IMG/VR virus record: IMGVR_UViG_3300027419_000008
Span: 1-44,380 of that record
DNA from: a virus
Lineage: Duplodnaviria > Caudoviricetes
Direction: 5' to 3' (one strand)
DNA: 44,380 bases
This document shows positions 18,967 to 29,203 of the stretch, piece by piece (position 1 is the first letter of the stretch; every line of letters starts with the position of its first letter). The notes beneath the pieces were generated by a model. It did not search any database. It was not told the origin of the DNA and saw only the letters and a list, made by a program, of their open reading frames with translations. The position numbers and the translations under genes were made by a program.

Positions 18967-21018
18967 TTATCTACTTGTTGGTTTATAGTTAATTTGTTTA
19001 TTTCTTTCATTGTAAACATTTACGGACATTCCAAGAAATTCTAATATAGACAGTGCAACATCTTTTGGAACACCTTCTTCTTGCATTACTTCATAAATAT
19101 TTTGATAAGTTATAGGAATTGATAAATCTTCGGCAACACTTTGAGGTGTAGTTTTTTCACCTACAACATTTTCACCAGATGCAATGTTTAATCCAGTGCC
19201 AAAGATAACATTTAATTTGCCTCTTAAAAATCTTACTCCAACATCAATATATTCACGTCCTTTTAAGTCAGTTATTTTACCAGTTTCGGTATTTTTTGTT
19301 TGTCTTAACGCAAGTCTGGTCAATAATACAACGACCTGCGACAAGCCTAATGTTGGATTTAACCTTATCCTGCCCCATCGTAATTGTGCAAAATCAGAAG
19401 AACGTGGGTCTGTTTCTATTTCGCCGCCTGCCGCAATTCCAAGAGAAAATACTATTGCCAGTCCCCTTGCAAACCTTGCATATTCTTTGACTATTGCAGC
19501 TCTAACGCCCATTGTTTCTTTGTATCCGCCTTTAGTCGTCCATATTGGTTGTCCAAGTAATACTTGAAATCTGCTTATTGCAAATTTAGGTGCAAAAAAT
19601 ACGTCATTAAGTAAATTTATGGCCATTTCGGAACTTTGTCCTAAATGGCCTCTGCCCGTAACAACATTAATGAAATTGGCCGCAACTTCCGCTTGTGGTT
19701 TTGTAAAACTGCCGGTAGATGTTGCTGTCGCTTCTAATGTGTCAAAAGCATCTGCTCTTAATTTATTCAAAAATGTTATACCCGCCCTTTGGAAGTTTTT
19801 AATTATAGGAACTCTGAACGTCCAATGGCTAAGATATATTTCTTCCATTTCGGATAATTTTGAAGACCCATCTATTTTTGAAAAGAACTTATGTTTTAAA
19901 TATTGCGGAGCATTAACTCTATTTTCTAATTCAGCATTTATTCTAAAGGCAGTTTCTTCGTTACCAAAAGCCTCAAACATACTTTTCATAGCACTGGCAG
20001 TTCTTAATGGATGTGCGTAAGTATTAAAACCGCCCTGTTTTAATACTAAAGAAAATTCTCCAGAAGTCATTATAACTTTTGCGACATTAAATGGTTCTTG
20101 GATATGCTCCCATACAGTTTTAGATCTTAATTTATACAGTTCGTGTTGAATATCTGCTTTCAATTTATCTCTTTGGTATTTTAATTTCTCAAGTTCTCTG
20201 CTGCCTTCAACTGATTCTGGTTTAGTTTTTGGTAGCATATCTCCTGATTTAAGTCTATCTTCTAAAACTTTAATCTGTTCCTCTATTTTTAATTTTTGTG
20301 CCGGTTCACTTTGTGCAAGTTTTTTCTTTAAATCATCACGTATTGAACGCAGTTCCAAGACGGCTTCTGATGCTATTGATTCTTTTTTTTGCTTAACAGG
20401 CAAAGTTTCGTTTTCGAGATGTGCAGTCAATTCGTCTATCGTACTTCTTAAAGCATCAACGGTTTTTTGTTCTTTAAGTTTCCCTTTTGCGGCATCTATT
20501 TGTTTTTGCAATCCCTGTAACGATTCGTGTAGTTTTGGAACTCTTTTAACTGGTATATCCTCATAAGAAGCGGTATCTATTTTCTTGTTCAACTCCGTTA
20601 GCTTTTCAAGCATTTTTTTCTTTACAATAGGGTCAACTGTATTTGCCCATTTACGTAAATTTTTTGCAGTATCCCTTAATTGTTCTATCGCAAACGTTGC
20701 TTCTTCTCGTTGTTTGGGCGATAATGGTTCAGTGCCTTCTTTTAGATTCTTTTCAAGTTTCTCAATTTTTTGTTGGAGTTTTTTGTCTGAACGTGCCTCT
20801 CGCTTGATTTCATTAATCTTTTTAGAAAGTTCGTCAGCTTTTTGTTTGCCCCTTGTAGTGGATTCGACTATTGCGTCAACAATATCTTCTCTGCGAATTG
20901 CGGGGAATAATTCTTTCATCTTAACGAGAACGTCATCAAGAGTATCAACGCCTTCTCTGGACGCTAAATTAGTCGCAATATCAGTAATTAACTTAGATAA
21001 TTCAGAACAATCAGCCAT
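18967..21018 (-). CDS. Large helical internal virion/ejection protein, C-terminal part
   Basis: 683 aa, coiled-coil rich with a hydrophobic C-terminal region. Lies at the gp16-like position. Confidence 0.55.
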   Translation of the reverse strand: MADCSELSKLITDIATNLASREGVDTLDDVLVKMKELFPAIRREDIVDAIVESTTRGKQKADELSKKINEIKREARSDKKLQQKIEKLEKNLKEGTEPLSPKQREEATFAIEQLRDTAKNLRKWANTVDPIVKKKMLEKLTELNKKIDTASYEDIPVKRVPKLHESLQGLQKQIDAAKGKLKEQKTVDALRSTIDELTAHLENETLPVKQKKESIASEAVLELRSIRDDLKKKLAQSEPAQKLKIEEQIKVLEDRLKSGDMLPKTKPESVEGSRELEKLKYQRDKLKADIQHELYKLRSKTVWEHIQEPFNVAKVIMTSGEFSLVLKQGGFNTYAHPLRTASAMKSMFEAFGNEETAFRINAELENRVNAPQYLKHKFFSKIDGSSKLSEMEEIYLSHWTFRVPIIKNFQRAGITFLNKLRADAFDTLEATATSTGSFTKPQAEVAANFINVVTGRGHLGQSSEMAINLLNDVFFAPKFAISRFQVLLGQPIWTTKGGYKETMGVRAAIVKEYARFARGLAIVFSLGIAAGGEIETDPRSSDFAQLRWGRIRLNPTLGLSQVVVLLTRLALRQTKNTETGKITDLKGREYIDVGVRFLRGKLNVIFGTGLNIASGENVVGEKTTPQSVAEDLSIPITYQNIYEVMQEEGVPKDVALSILEFLGMSVNVYNERNKQINYKPTSR

Positions 21019-22955
21019 TAGTTATAACATCCTGCATCAAGTAATCCTTTAGTTCTTTCTACCAGTGCTTTCAATTCTATATCTCTTGCCTCTACGCTCA
21101 TAGCAGTATATCGTTTTACGCCGCCACGTTTTATAGTTTTTTGCGCCTGTAATTCAGCAACCTTAGTATTTAATTCGTCTATTTTTTTATTGGATTCTTC
21201 AAGTTTATTAGTTATTTCAGTTATTTTTTCAGATTCTTTCACAGTTAAGTCCTTGCCCTTCATAACCTTAGCCCTGCTTTTGACCGATATTAAATCGAAA
21301 TCTTTATTGATTGTTAATTTCTGCGACGCTAATGCTCTGCCCTTTTCTGTTCCACTGGTATTTAAAGCACCTGAAATAGTGTCATATTCCTGTTCAATTT
21401 GATTTAGTTTAGCAGTTAATCCTTTAATTTCAATAGAATCCTTAGTTTTGTTTATTTCGGAAATCGTCTCTAAATGTTGTTTTTTTAATTCGGCAGTACG
21501 GACAACTAAGCCCGCAGTTTCAACATCGTTTAAAGGTCTTGGATTAACAATCAATTCAGAAGAGATACTGATTGCCTTAGCAGGTATTCCTTGTTTTCTC
21601 GCAGACATCAAAGAGACTTGCCAACTTTTTCTTTCTGGAGAGGCCATAGAGTCCAATCCTAAAGACTTCCTATCGAAATCAATATCTGCCTGTCTTGCAG
21701 ACGTTCTAATTTCTCCTTCTTCGTTATTGGTAACTTTGTCCCATTTTATGCTTTCTCCGGCAGGTTTTTCGGTTACAACTGTAATAATGGGCTTAGGCAT
21801 TTTTATCGGTTCATCAAGAACCGGTGATATTTTAGTATCAATATTTGCCGGCTTAGCAATAGGGACAGTAGTGGATTCTGCCCCCTTGCTAATTGATACT
21901 ATTTCTTTTTCTTTTTGGACTTCTTGCAGGCCATTGACAGTTCCTTTCTCTTTTGGAGGATTAATATATTTCTCACGTAAGTCTTGCGGGATGCCCCTGC
22001 CTTCACGAATAGAAGTTTTTGCACGTTGAATATCCGATAGTTTTTGTGCCTCGGCGATTACTTTCTGTTGTTCAAGTGTTGCGCCCTGTGGAAATTTGGA
22101 CAATTCAATATCTCTTGCGCCCCAATATTTTTCAAATCCTTTTGCGAAACCAGACAACGCCATAGACACTGCAACTTCGCCAGTGCCGAACAAAACACCA
22201 ACACCGGACGCTAAATGTATCTCTCTCCAATCAATAGGTTTGTTTTGTGTTATATTTTCGCTGAATTGTATTGCGGCTTCTGTACTACCAAAAGTTAGAC
22301 CTGCGTTTAGCATTGTTTTTAAGGCTTTTGCGGCAGGAATAAATTTAGTTCCTACTCCAACACCATAACCGATTGGAGTGAACATAGCAACTGTCTTAGC
22401 GGCCTTACCGCCCACTTGCTCGCTTGGCGAAGGTTCATATCCTATACCCCTCGATACAAGTTCCGCTAAATCCTTATCGCCTGTTATTTTGTTAGTTAAT
22501 ATATCAAGCGTGGTCAATGATAAACCACTTAACGCTTCTGTTCCGGCATAAATACCCGCCTGTGCAGTTGTTTTAAACGGATGTTCTTCTCTGTAATATG
22601 GCTCATTAGATGGTCTTGTGTCGTAAGCAAATAATCCAGTTTTTTCTGTAATATACTCTCTTATTTTTGTAAGTTGTTTACCGAACGCACTCGGTTCAGA
22701 ACCAGCAACAAGAGACTGTGCGCTATATGTGCTTAAATTATTAGTTTTGGCAATATCCAATACAATACCTGCACGTTCCATCGCAGTTGTAGCGTCATCG
22801 TTATCCATTGGAATATCTGCATATTCGGAAAAATTTAATCCAGTAAATGATTCGCTTTTAATACGTTCCATAGAATCTAACTGCTCCGTGGTAAACGTCT
22901 GTTGACCAGATTCGGATTCCATTGCATCAAGTTGTTCAGTTGTTAGCGTTTCCAT
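21018..22955 (-). CDS. Internal virion/ejection protein
   Basis: 645 aa with Gly/Ala amphipathic segments and an SE.GRAL motif; synteny. Confidence 0.55.
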   Translation of the reverse strand: METLTTEQLDAMESESGQQTFTTEQLDSMERIKSESFTGLNFSEYADIPMDNDDATTAMERAGIVLDIAKTNNLSTYSAQSLVAGSEPSAFGKQLTKIREYITEKTGLFAYDTRPSNEPYYREEHPFKTTAQAGIYAGTEALSGLSLTTLDILTNKITGDKDLAELVSRGIGYEPSPSEQVGGKAAKTVAMFTPIGYGVGVGTKFIPAAKALKTMLNAGLTFGSTEAAIQFSENITQNKPIDWREIHLASGVGVLFGTGEVAVSMALSGFAKGFEKYWGARDIELSKFPQGATLEQQKVIAEAQKLSDIQRAKTSIREGRGIPQDLREKYINPPKEKGTVNGLQEVQKEKEIVSISKGAESTTVPIAKPANIDTKISPVLDEPIKMPKPIITVVTEKPAGESIKWDKVTNNEEGEIRTSARQADIDFDRKSLGLDSMASPERKSWQVSLMSARKQGIPAKAISISSELIVNPRPLNDVETAGLVVRTAELKKQHLETISEINKTKDSIEIKGLTAKLNQIEQEYDTISGALNTSGTEKGRALASQKLTINKDFDLISVKSRAKVMKGKDLTVKESEKITEITNKLEESNKKIDELNTKVAELQAQKTIKRGGVKRYTAMSVEARDIELKALVERTKGLLDAGCYN

Positions 22956-24340
22956 ACTGTTCCATCGAAAGTATAAGTTTTACCATTAACTGTTCGTGTA
23001 TCGCCTGTTTTATATAAAGATTTAGTTTTTTCTTTTCCCTCTTGTCTGTCTCTTGCGGAAACTCTAAAATCAGCAGAAACATCATCCATTTCCTTACGAG
23101 TTGGTACTTCACCTTTTTCTAATTTAGCATCAACCCAAGTAAATAGATTATTATTAACTTCTTTATTTATATCATTATCAAAACTAAACCATCTATTGAA
23201 ATTATTTTTATTATTGGTATAAACAGCGTCAAGATTATGTATAACAGTTGCCGGATATGTTTTTTTGATACGTTTCATTGCATCATTAAATTCAGCGTCA
23301 GTAATACTATTATTTATATATCTTTCTGTCATTATCGTATCGTATGCTTGTTGTTTATTACTCTTATTAAGACTATAATCCAACACAGCGTCAGAAATAT
23401 TAGAATTTCCCTTATATGTAGATTCTGGCACAGTTCCAGAATTTTTACCATTTATATACGCCCTGAAAATATTTTTCTTATTATTGTTTTCGGTATCGGG
23501 GAGCAAACTGCTTTCTATGTCGTCAGGTTTTATTTCCCCTGAAATAAAAGCATCTGTGAGATTGTCATACGCTGAAACTTCTCTTTCGTTAGCCATATCA
23601 ACAGTACGTCTTTTTGTATATTCCCGATAACTTTCTATGTTAGCAATCATTGCCTGTGCTTTTTCTGCGTCTATTATTGTTTCAGGTTGCGATTGAACTA
23701 ATTGTACCGCTTCGTCAAATTTGCCTTCTCCTTTTAATTTGGCAACTTCATTTTGTACATTATTAATGCCAATAGTAGTTTTAGCATTTAAAAGTTTCAG
23801 TTCACCTTCTGAATCATTTATTAAACCAGTTCCAATAGCCAAACCCACTGCTTTTTCAGCGGCCTTGTAATCACCTCTATTAATTGCAGAAGCAATGTTC
23901 AAGTCTAAATCATCTTTAGCTTTGCCAAGACGCATATTTTTGTCAAGATTGTTAAAATGCGAATCAAATTGCGGTTCGTAATTATTAATATTCTTATTCA
24001 AAGAGGCATTAACATTTGCGCGTTTTGATGAATTTGCAATAGCAATTCTATCCTGTGCAGCTTTTTGATGTATTTGCGCCCTTGCCTCTGCGTCTTGTGT
24101 CTCTTGCAAAGATTTATATTCAGCGTTCCAGTTTTCCTGAATTTTTCTGTCAAGCGTAGATAATTCAGAAGCATCTTCTTTTGCTCGAATATCAGTGTAA
24201 ATATTGCCTGCAAGCGCGCCAATATTAGACACTGCCTTGCCTATCATATCGGCATTTGTATTCATATCAAGATTAGCGCGAGCGTTTGGCGTTCGGCCGG
24301 ATAATGTTGCTTCTGAATATTGGACAGGAAAAGTACCCAT
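22943..24340 (-). CDS. Internal virion protein (T7 gp15-like position)
   Basis: 465 aa helical; synteny after the gp14-like gene. Confidence 0.5.
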   Translation of the reverse strand: MGTFPVQYSEATLSGRTPNARANLDMNTNADMIGKAVSNIGALAGNIYTDIRAKEDASELSTLDRKIQENWNAEYKSLQETQDAEARAQIHQKAAQDRIAIANSSKRANVNASLNKNINNYEPQFDSHFNNLDKNMRLGKAKDDLDLNIASAINRGDYKAAEKAVGLAIGTGLINDSEGELKLLNAKTTIGINNVQNEVAKLKGEGKFDEAVQLVQSQPETIIDAEKAQAMIANIESYREYTKRRTVDMANEREVSAYDNLTDAFISGEIKPDDIESSLLPDTENNNKKNIFRAYINGKNSGTVPESTYKGNSNISDAVLDYSLNKSNKQQAYDTIMTERYINNSITDAEFNDAMKRIKKTYPATVIHNLDAVYTNNKNNFNRWFSFDNDINKEVNNNLFTWVDAKLEKGEVPTRKEMDDVSADFRVSARDRQEGKEKTKSLYKTGDTRTVNGKTYTFDGTVWKR

Positions 24341-24894
24341 TATGTAAACCTTGTATTAGAATATGATTGATTAATATATTTAGGATTTTTAGTACTTGTT
24401 TTATAGTTAAGGTTATCAAAAGTTCCAGATTGATACAAACCGCCCAAAACTGTTGTTCCGGTATTCATATATGTCGCAGTTGCGGCGTTATTGCCGGCCT
24501 TGCGATACATCTTGCCTTGTGCATAATCAAGTTGCGACTGACTTCTTAATCCTGCCATTTCATTTACCGTATTTGCGCCAATTATTAAATTATCAAGTTC
24601 ACTTTCAGACGCTTGTTTAGCTTGAATCAATAAAGGTGAACCTGCCGTAGGCACTGCGCCAGAACCGCCTAATTCCGCTTCAAGGCTTGATTGGCGGCGT
24701 GAAGCGGCCTCGGCCTGACGTTGGGACTCTAATGTGCCCTTTTGCTCTGCCGCCTTTGCCTCTTCCTCCTTGACGCGGGCGTTATAATTCATCATCGCCT
24801 GTTGGTCTTTTCCCTGTTGCTTTGCGGCCTGCGCCTGCGTTACTCCACCGGCAACTGTTGCACCTATAAATAATAAAGGTAGAAAAAATGGCAT
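24340..24894 (-). CDS. Internal virion protein (T7 gp14-like)
   Basis: Hydrophobic N-terminus, Ala/Gln-rich coil, SGA...GSPL motif. Confidence 0.7.
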   Translation of the reverse strand: MPFFLPLLFIGATVAGGVTQAQAAKQQGKDQQAMMNYNARVKEEEAKAAEQKGTLESQRQAEAASRRQSSLEAELGGSGAVPTAGSPLLIQAKQASESELDNLIIGANTVNEMAGLRSQSQLDYAQGKMYRKAGNNAATATYMNTGTTVLGGLYQSGTFDNLNYKTSTKNPKYINQSYSNTRFT

Positions 24895-25347
24895 TTATAT
24901 TACCTTTTTATAGAAAAAATAATCATTATTAAAACTACGTCTTTGTTTCTCAAAGCCAAGATGCTCAATCAATCTCTGTGATTGCGGAAATCCTATTCTT
25001 GATTCGGTAATCACTTTTTTAAAGTCGTTACATTTTGAAACGCAATCAAACATCACCTTGATACTCTTAAATACTGTCTTTTTATGTACAATAACAGACT
25101 TTGTGAATATCGACCACAAATGGCCGGAATTACCATGTCTGTTATGTATTCCTGCGGCGCAAACAACCTTGCCATTCAATGTACCTGTAAATGCACTACC
25201 GTTGTCTTTATGATATTTGGCATATTTCAACAAAGTTTCTTCGTCTGCAAGTTTGACAGATTCATCAATGGCATTTTTTGCCAGTTCTTTAATATCGTCT
25301 ATTTCAAAATGTCTAAAAGTAAGCATATCAGCGACTCGTAATATCAA
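24895..25347 (-). CDS. GNAT-fold protein (T7 gp13-like position)
   Basis: GKVVCAAGI...G.LW...RLIEHLGFEK. Confidence 0.7.
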   Translation of the reverse strand: MILRVADMLTFRHFEIDDIKELAKNAIDESVKLADEETLLKYAKYHKDNGSAFTGTLNGKVVCAAGIHNRHGNSGHLWSIFTKSVIVHKKTVFKSIKVMFDCVSKCNDFKKVITESRIGFPQSQRLIEHLGFEKQRRSFNNDYFFYKKVI

Positions 25348-27196
25348 CTTTCGGTATTAAACATCTAACAGTGCAAGGAAGCGGGTCTGACCCTGAAATT
25401 ATAATAGAATCATCCGTACTGAAACCGCCGTCAAAATGCAGTGGTACATCGCCTGTAAACAATCCTGTGATTTCACTCTTATTAACAAGTTCAACGTCAG
25501 ATACTCCAACTGGTTTTAAATTAGTCAAACTATCGCCATATTCAACATTTGCAGAATCAAGTAACGAAACTACTATTTCTGGTATTTTCTTTTTACAACC
25601 TAATCCTGTGCCCTGTTGTGTGGACACGTCAAGTCTCATTGGTTGCACCTCATAAGTATATGGCAATCCAATTTGAATAGTTTCATAAGTTCCGATTATG
25701 CTAATAGAACCATTTTGCACTACTGCTGTTTCCACTTCGCCATCGGCAAGCATACAAACTGTCTGTCCTTCTAAATGTTCCAACCCATAAACTGTTGAAT
25801 TGTATACATTTTCAGGTATATATTCAGTTGTAGGGGATGTAAAATCTGTCGTCCATCTTGCAATTCCTTTTGATATTCTAAATTCATCAATCCAACCGTT
25901 AAAAAACCACGCAGTTGAAGAACAGGCTCCTATTGTCAAAACTACCGATATGTTTCCAAAGTCAGTACTGGCATCTATCGCCGTGTATACTGTTGGTATT
26001 AAGGCAATGCCATTTATAAAACAAAGTAAATTTGCACCATTTCTTACGACTGCAATATGATATTCAGTATTTATGGCTACGTCAGGCCAAGCAAAAGTAT
26101 AATTACATCTGGTGTCAGTGTCTTTAAAATATACCTGTATGTATTTAGACGTACTATTAAAAGCTATATACCAGCGATGTGTTGAATCAAGAATTTGAGA
26201 GCAAATTGCCTGCTCTTGTGCAATAGATGAAAGCCAAACAACGCAATCAACTGTAAAATCTCCTGTGCCAAAATTCCAATCATCAGAATCCGCAATTGTC
26301 AAATAATCAGAATCACCGTCAAGTAATAAAGAGGCTGTACCGAATTTATATTGTGCGGTGTCAAGCTGTGCCGTGCCATTGAATGTTATTGTATGACCGT
26401 TTAAAGAACTATCTACCGTAGTAACGTCTGCATCATTTCCGTCAAAATGCAGTAACAACTTGTCAATAATCTGTTCTCCGTATACAGGCGTTCTCGTTAC
26501 TCCACTATCAACAAAGAAACAATCTTTAATTAAACTCGGCAAGAATCTTGAATTAAAATCTTCTATGTAAACTACATTCTCTGAATTTATAGTTCTTTCC
26601 ACTGCACAACTTACTGTATCTTCTCCGGCAGTAGAATTAGGAGCAACACAAATAGATTGTACGTTTCCATCGATAGGCATATCCGCCCAAGCTAATACGT
26701 TCTGTTCTCTATTATAAGTAAAAGTTTTACATTCTCCATTATTCAACCAACACCATATAATCATATCTGGATTTTTTTGCAGTGCAATTCCAACTATTCC
26801 ACTTTCAGTAATATGTTCCGCAAGTGCAGATAAATCAGGGGCAAGATATTTTTGTTTTAAATCATCCCAAGCTAATTCGTGAAGTTTTCTTCCAACCGTA
26901 TCAACGAACAAGACAATACCGTTTACAACTATTGGTTGGATTGTATTGCTCCCAAAACCTGACTGAATATCAACAGTATAATTGGTAGGAGTTATAACAC
27001 CAGATGTTTTAGGCGAATATATTCTCCATTCTTCACCTGACGTACTTAAAAGTATAGAATCTCCAAGACCTTTAACCCATCTCAATTCGTTTGTAGTTGG
27101 AATTGATAAATCGAAAGAATCTGCGTCTTTAACTCCGGCCTCGAAATTTTCGTAATCCGAAGAATGAGAAAACCAAACTTTTAAACTCGTAGCCAT
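25328..27196 (-). CDS. Tail nozzle (tubular protein B) C-terminal fragment with inserted LamG/ConA-like domain
   Basis: VWFS.S.DY.NF, DLSALAEHI, YNREQNVLAW, FVDSG, GLEHLEGQTV..LADG, GLPY, PLPCTV. LamG insert LLLHFDG...GWIDEFRISKG.ARWT at about 25820-26465. Confidence 0.85.
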   Translation of the reverse strand: MATSLKVWFSHSSDYENFEAGVKDADSFDLSIPTTNELRWVKGLGDSILLSTSGEEWRIYSPKTSGVITPTNYTVDIQSGFGSNTIQPIVVNGIVLFVDTVGRKLHELAWDDLKQKYLAPDLSALAEHITESGIVGIALQKNPDMIIWCWLNNGECKTFTYNREQNVLAWADMPIDGNVQSICVAPNSTAGEDTVSCAVERTINSENVVYIEDFNSRFLPSLIKDCFFVDSGVTRTPVYGEQIIDKLLLHFDGNDADVTTVDSSLNGHTITFNGTAQLDTAQYKFGTASLLLDGDSDYLTIADSDDWNFGTGDFTVDCVVWLSSIAQEQAICSQILDSTHRWYIAFNSTSKYIQVYFKDTDTRCNYTFAWPDVAINTEYHIAVVRNGANLLCFINGIALIPTVYTAIDASTDFGNISVVLTIGACSSTAWFFNGWIDEFRISKGIARWTTDFTSPTTEYIPENVYNSTVYGLEHLEGQTVCMLADGEVETAVVQNGSISIIGTYETIQIGLPYTYEVQPMRLDVSTQQGTGLGCKKKIPEIVVSLLDSANVEYGDSLTNLKPVGVSDVELVNKSEITGLFTGDVPLHFDGGFSTDDSIIISGSDPLPCTVRCLIPKVDITSR

Positions 27197-28392
27197 TAAT
27201 ACGTTACCTGTTTGTTAATAGTTTGTTGACCACCATAAATACATCTATCGGCAAGGAAAGTTATTGATGTAGGCCAAGTCCTGTAATTAGACCAAGCACC
27301 TTCTGCCCATTTTTTAGTTGCAACATTTCCATTCGCCGAATCTAATTTTGTTAAAACTTCAACTCTGACTAACGATGGATTAACATATTCTATAACTCTA
27401 ACAATACCAGAAACAGTAGTGTCTGTTACGGATATACTTGCCTCTAATGTTCCACCACTAACCGCCGTAACTCTTGCTCTGTACTGCACATTATCACTAT
27501 CTTCTACTTTTGTATATATTTCATTTGAATTGGTACTAAATGTCGTGTCCCAATCTGTTCCATTTTCACTTCGTTCAAGAATTATCGTTCCTGTGATAGA
27601 AGTTGTAAATGCAGTTGTCTTGAAAGTGTAAGTTCCCTTTACATCCATTGCATTACAAATCGTACCAACTGCCGCAAGAGAGTTTGGATTGCTTACAATT
27701 TGACTTCTTTTGTTTATAATTTTGAACAATGCCCCAACGTGAAGCGGGTCGAAGAAATTCACCGCATTGCCAGTGGCAGTTACGGTTATAGTGCCGCCAT
27801 TTGCAGAACCATATATATGTGCGGTAACGTGTATTGTAAATGTTGGTGCAGAATAAGAAGTACTTGAAACAGTCCAGCTCGTATTATTGGGCGAGTACGC
27901 ATTACCAACAACAGAAAAAGTAAATCCAACTGGGAATACTGATGTTAAATCACCTTGACCAACTATGGTAATATCGTCAGAAGTAATCATTTGTGTTATG
28001 GTATAAGTTGCAGTCGAAGGAGAACAACAGAATAATGTTCCCTTGCTTTCCCTTGCGACACTACCTGTATATGTCATTGACGCAGAATTGACCTTAGTAG
28101 GGTCTATTAAATCATTTCTTAATAAGAACGGCCCCTTATTGAACGGTATCACATCGATAGAAAAAGTTTGCGTATCAGTTCTGTACAGTTTCCTCGGCTC
28201 GTACTTTTTATGAATAATCCACATTACATCTCCGACCTGCTTTATGTGAAGTTCAAATAAATGTTCCTCAAGATAAGGAGTTGGAATAGTAATTACTACT
28301 ATATTATTATAAAAGAATCTGGCGTATAAATTGCCTAATTCAACTTTATAAGTTATAGTAGTATTATATACAAATGGAATAAGTCTTACCAT
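27196..28392 (-). CDS. Tail nozzle middle fragment
   Basis: VRLIPF, Y.VELG..YARFF, TPY....L..Q.GDV.WI.H..Y.P..L, W.EGAWS..R.WP...TF...R..YGG. Confidence 0.8.
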   Translation of the reverse strand: MVRLIPFVYNTTITYKVELGNLYARFFYNNIVVITIPTPYLEEHLFELHIKQVGDVMWIIHKKYEPRKLYRTDTQTFSIDVIPFNKGPFLLRNDLIDPTKVNSASMTYTGSVARESKGTLFCCSPSTATYTITQMITSDDITIVGQGDLTSVFPVGFTFSVVGNAYSPNNTSWTVSSTSYSAPTFTIHVTAHIYGSANGGTITVTATGNAVNFFDPLHVGALFKIINKRSQIVSNPNSLAAVGTICNAMDVKGTYTFKTTAFTTSITGTIILERSENGTDWDTTFSTNSNEIYTKVEDSDNVQYRARVTAVSGGTLEASISVTDTTVSGIVRVIEYVNPSLVRVEVLTKLDSANGNVATKKWAEGAWSNYRTWPTSITFLADRCIYGGQQTINKQVTY

Positions 28393-28787
28393 TAAATCAA
28401 ATATCCAAAAACATCAATAGTACAGGTTCCGGCTCCGGCGGTTGTAATTTCCATAGCAAATATCTGCGCAGCCGTAAGTATAGTGTGCGCAACAGGCGTA
28501 GCGTTAGGCACTTTAGTTAATACTAAATACTGCGAAGCGAAACTTGCGGTTATGCCGGTAAGAGTTGTATCGCCAAGAAATTCTTCACAAGTCCCGCCTG
28601 CTATACCAAGTGTAATAACCGCCGTTGTGCAATCTTCTGAAAAAGTATGCAAAACAACGTGTGTTACTATTGCACTTTTTCCGGTTGGAACAGTATAAAG
28701 ATTCTTTTCCGTTGCGGCGACAGCTGCCAAACTACATCCGGTAGTTCTGCTAAGTAACGCCATTCCTTTTTCTTTTAAATCACTCAT
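28392..28787 (-). CDS. Small beta-sandwich virion decoration/fibre-like protein nested between nozzle fragments
   Basis: LYTVPTGKSAIVT...IDVFGYL jelly-roll pattern. Confidence 0.5.
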   Translation of the reverse strand: MSDLKEKGMALLSRTTGCSLAAVAATEKNLYTVPTGKSAIVTHVVLHTFSEDCTTAVITLGIAGGTCEEFLGDTTLTGITASFASQYLVLTKVPNATPVAHTILTAAQIFAMEITTAGAGTCTIDVFGYLI

Positions 28788-28789
28788 AT

Positions 28790-29203
28790 TTAAACTCCAT
28801 AAGACAAAACATTATTTTCATAAAACAAAACATCATTTTCATAACAAACCATACCAGAAGAAAAAACATCTTTTGAATCTGTAATTGGCATATTCTCGTA
28901 ACATAAAATAGTATTTTCGTAACATATAAAATCAGAAGAAGCGGGATGTATTGCGGTAAAAACTACTTCATTATCGTTACAAACTTCTTCGTTTTCGTAA
29001 GATAGAATATAAGACAGTACTTTAAAAACACTAACCGCTTCTATGATATATTTAAGTCCAGGTCGTCTTTCTGCGCATCCATAAATCAAAGGTAACATAT
29101 TTTTCAAACGGCGGCAACTTCCAGAAAATTTCTGCGTATCAATACGGCAGTCTATCTTCTGTGTTACTTCGCCATTATTAAAACTAATTACCGGTACATT
29201 CAT
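28790..29203 (-). CDS. Tail nozzle N-terminal fragment fused to YEN heptad repeats
   Basis: SFNNGEV...R.D..K....R.L.N......G.AERRPG.KYI, then repeats LSYENEE, ICYENTI, LCYENMP, VCYENDV, LFYENNV. Confidence 0.8.
   Translation of the reverse strand: MNVPVISFNNGEVTQKIDCRIDTQKFSGSCRRLKNMLPLIYGCAERRPGLKYIIEAVSVFKVLSYILSYENEEVCNDNEVVFTAIHPASSDFICYENTILCYENMPITDSKDVFSSGMVCYENDVLFYENNVLSYGV

Noticed and set aside
28392-29040. Self-splicing intron or intein removing the insert in the nozzle gene
   Set aside because: The insert is fully protein-coding with coupled starts. No group I/II or intein terminal motifs were recognised.
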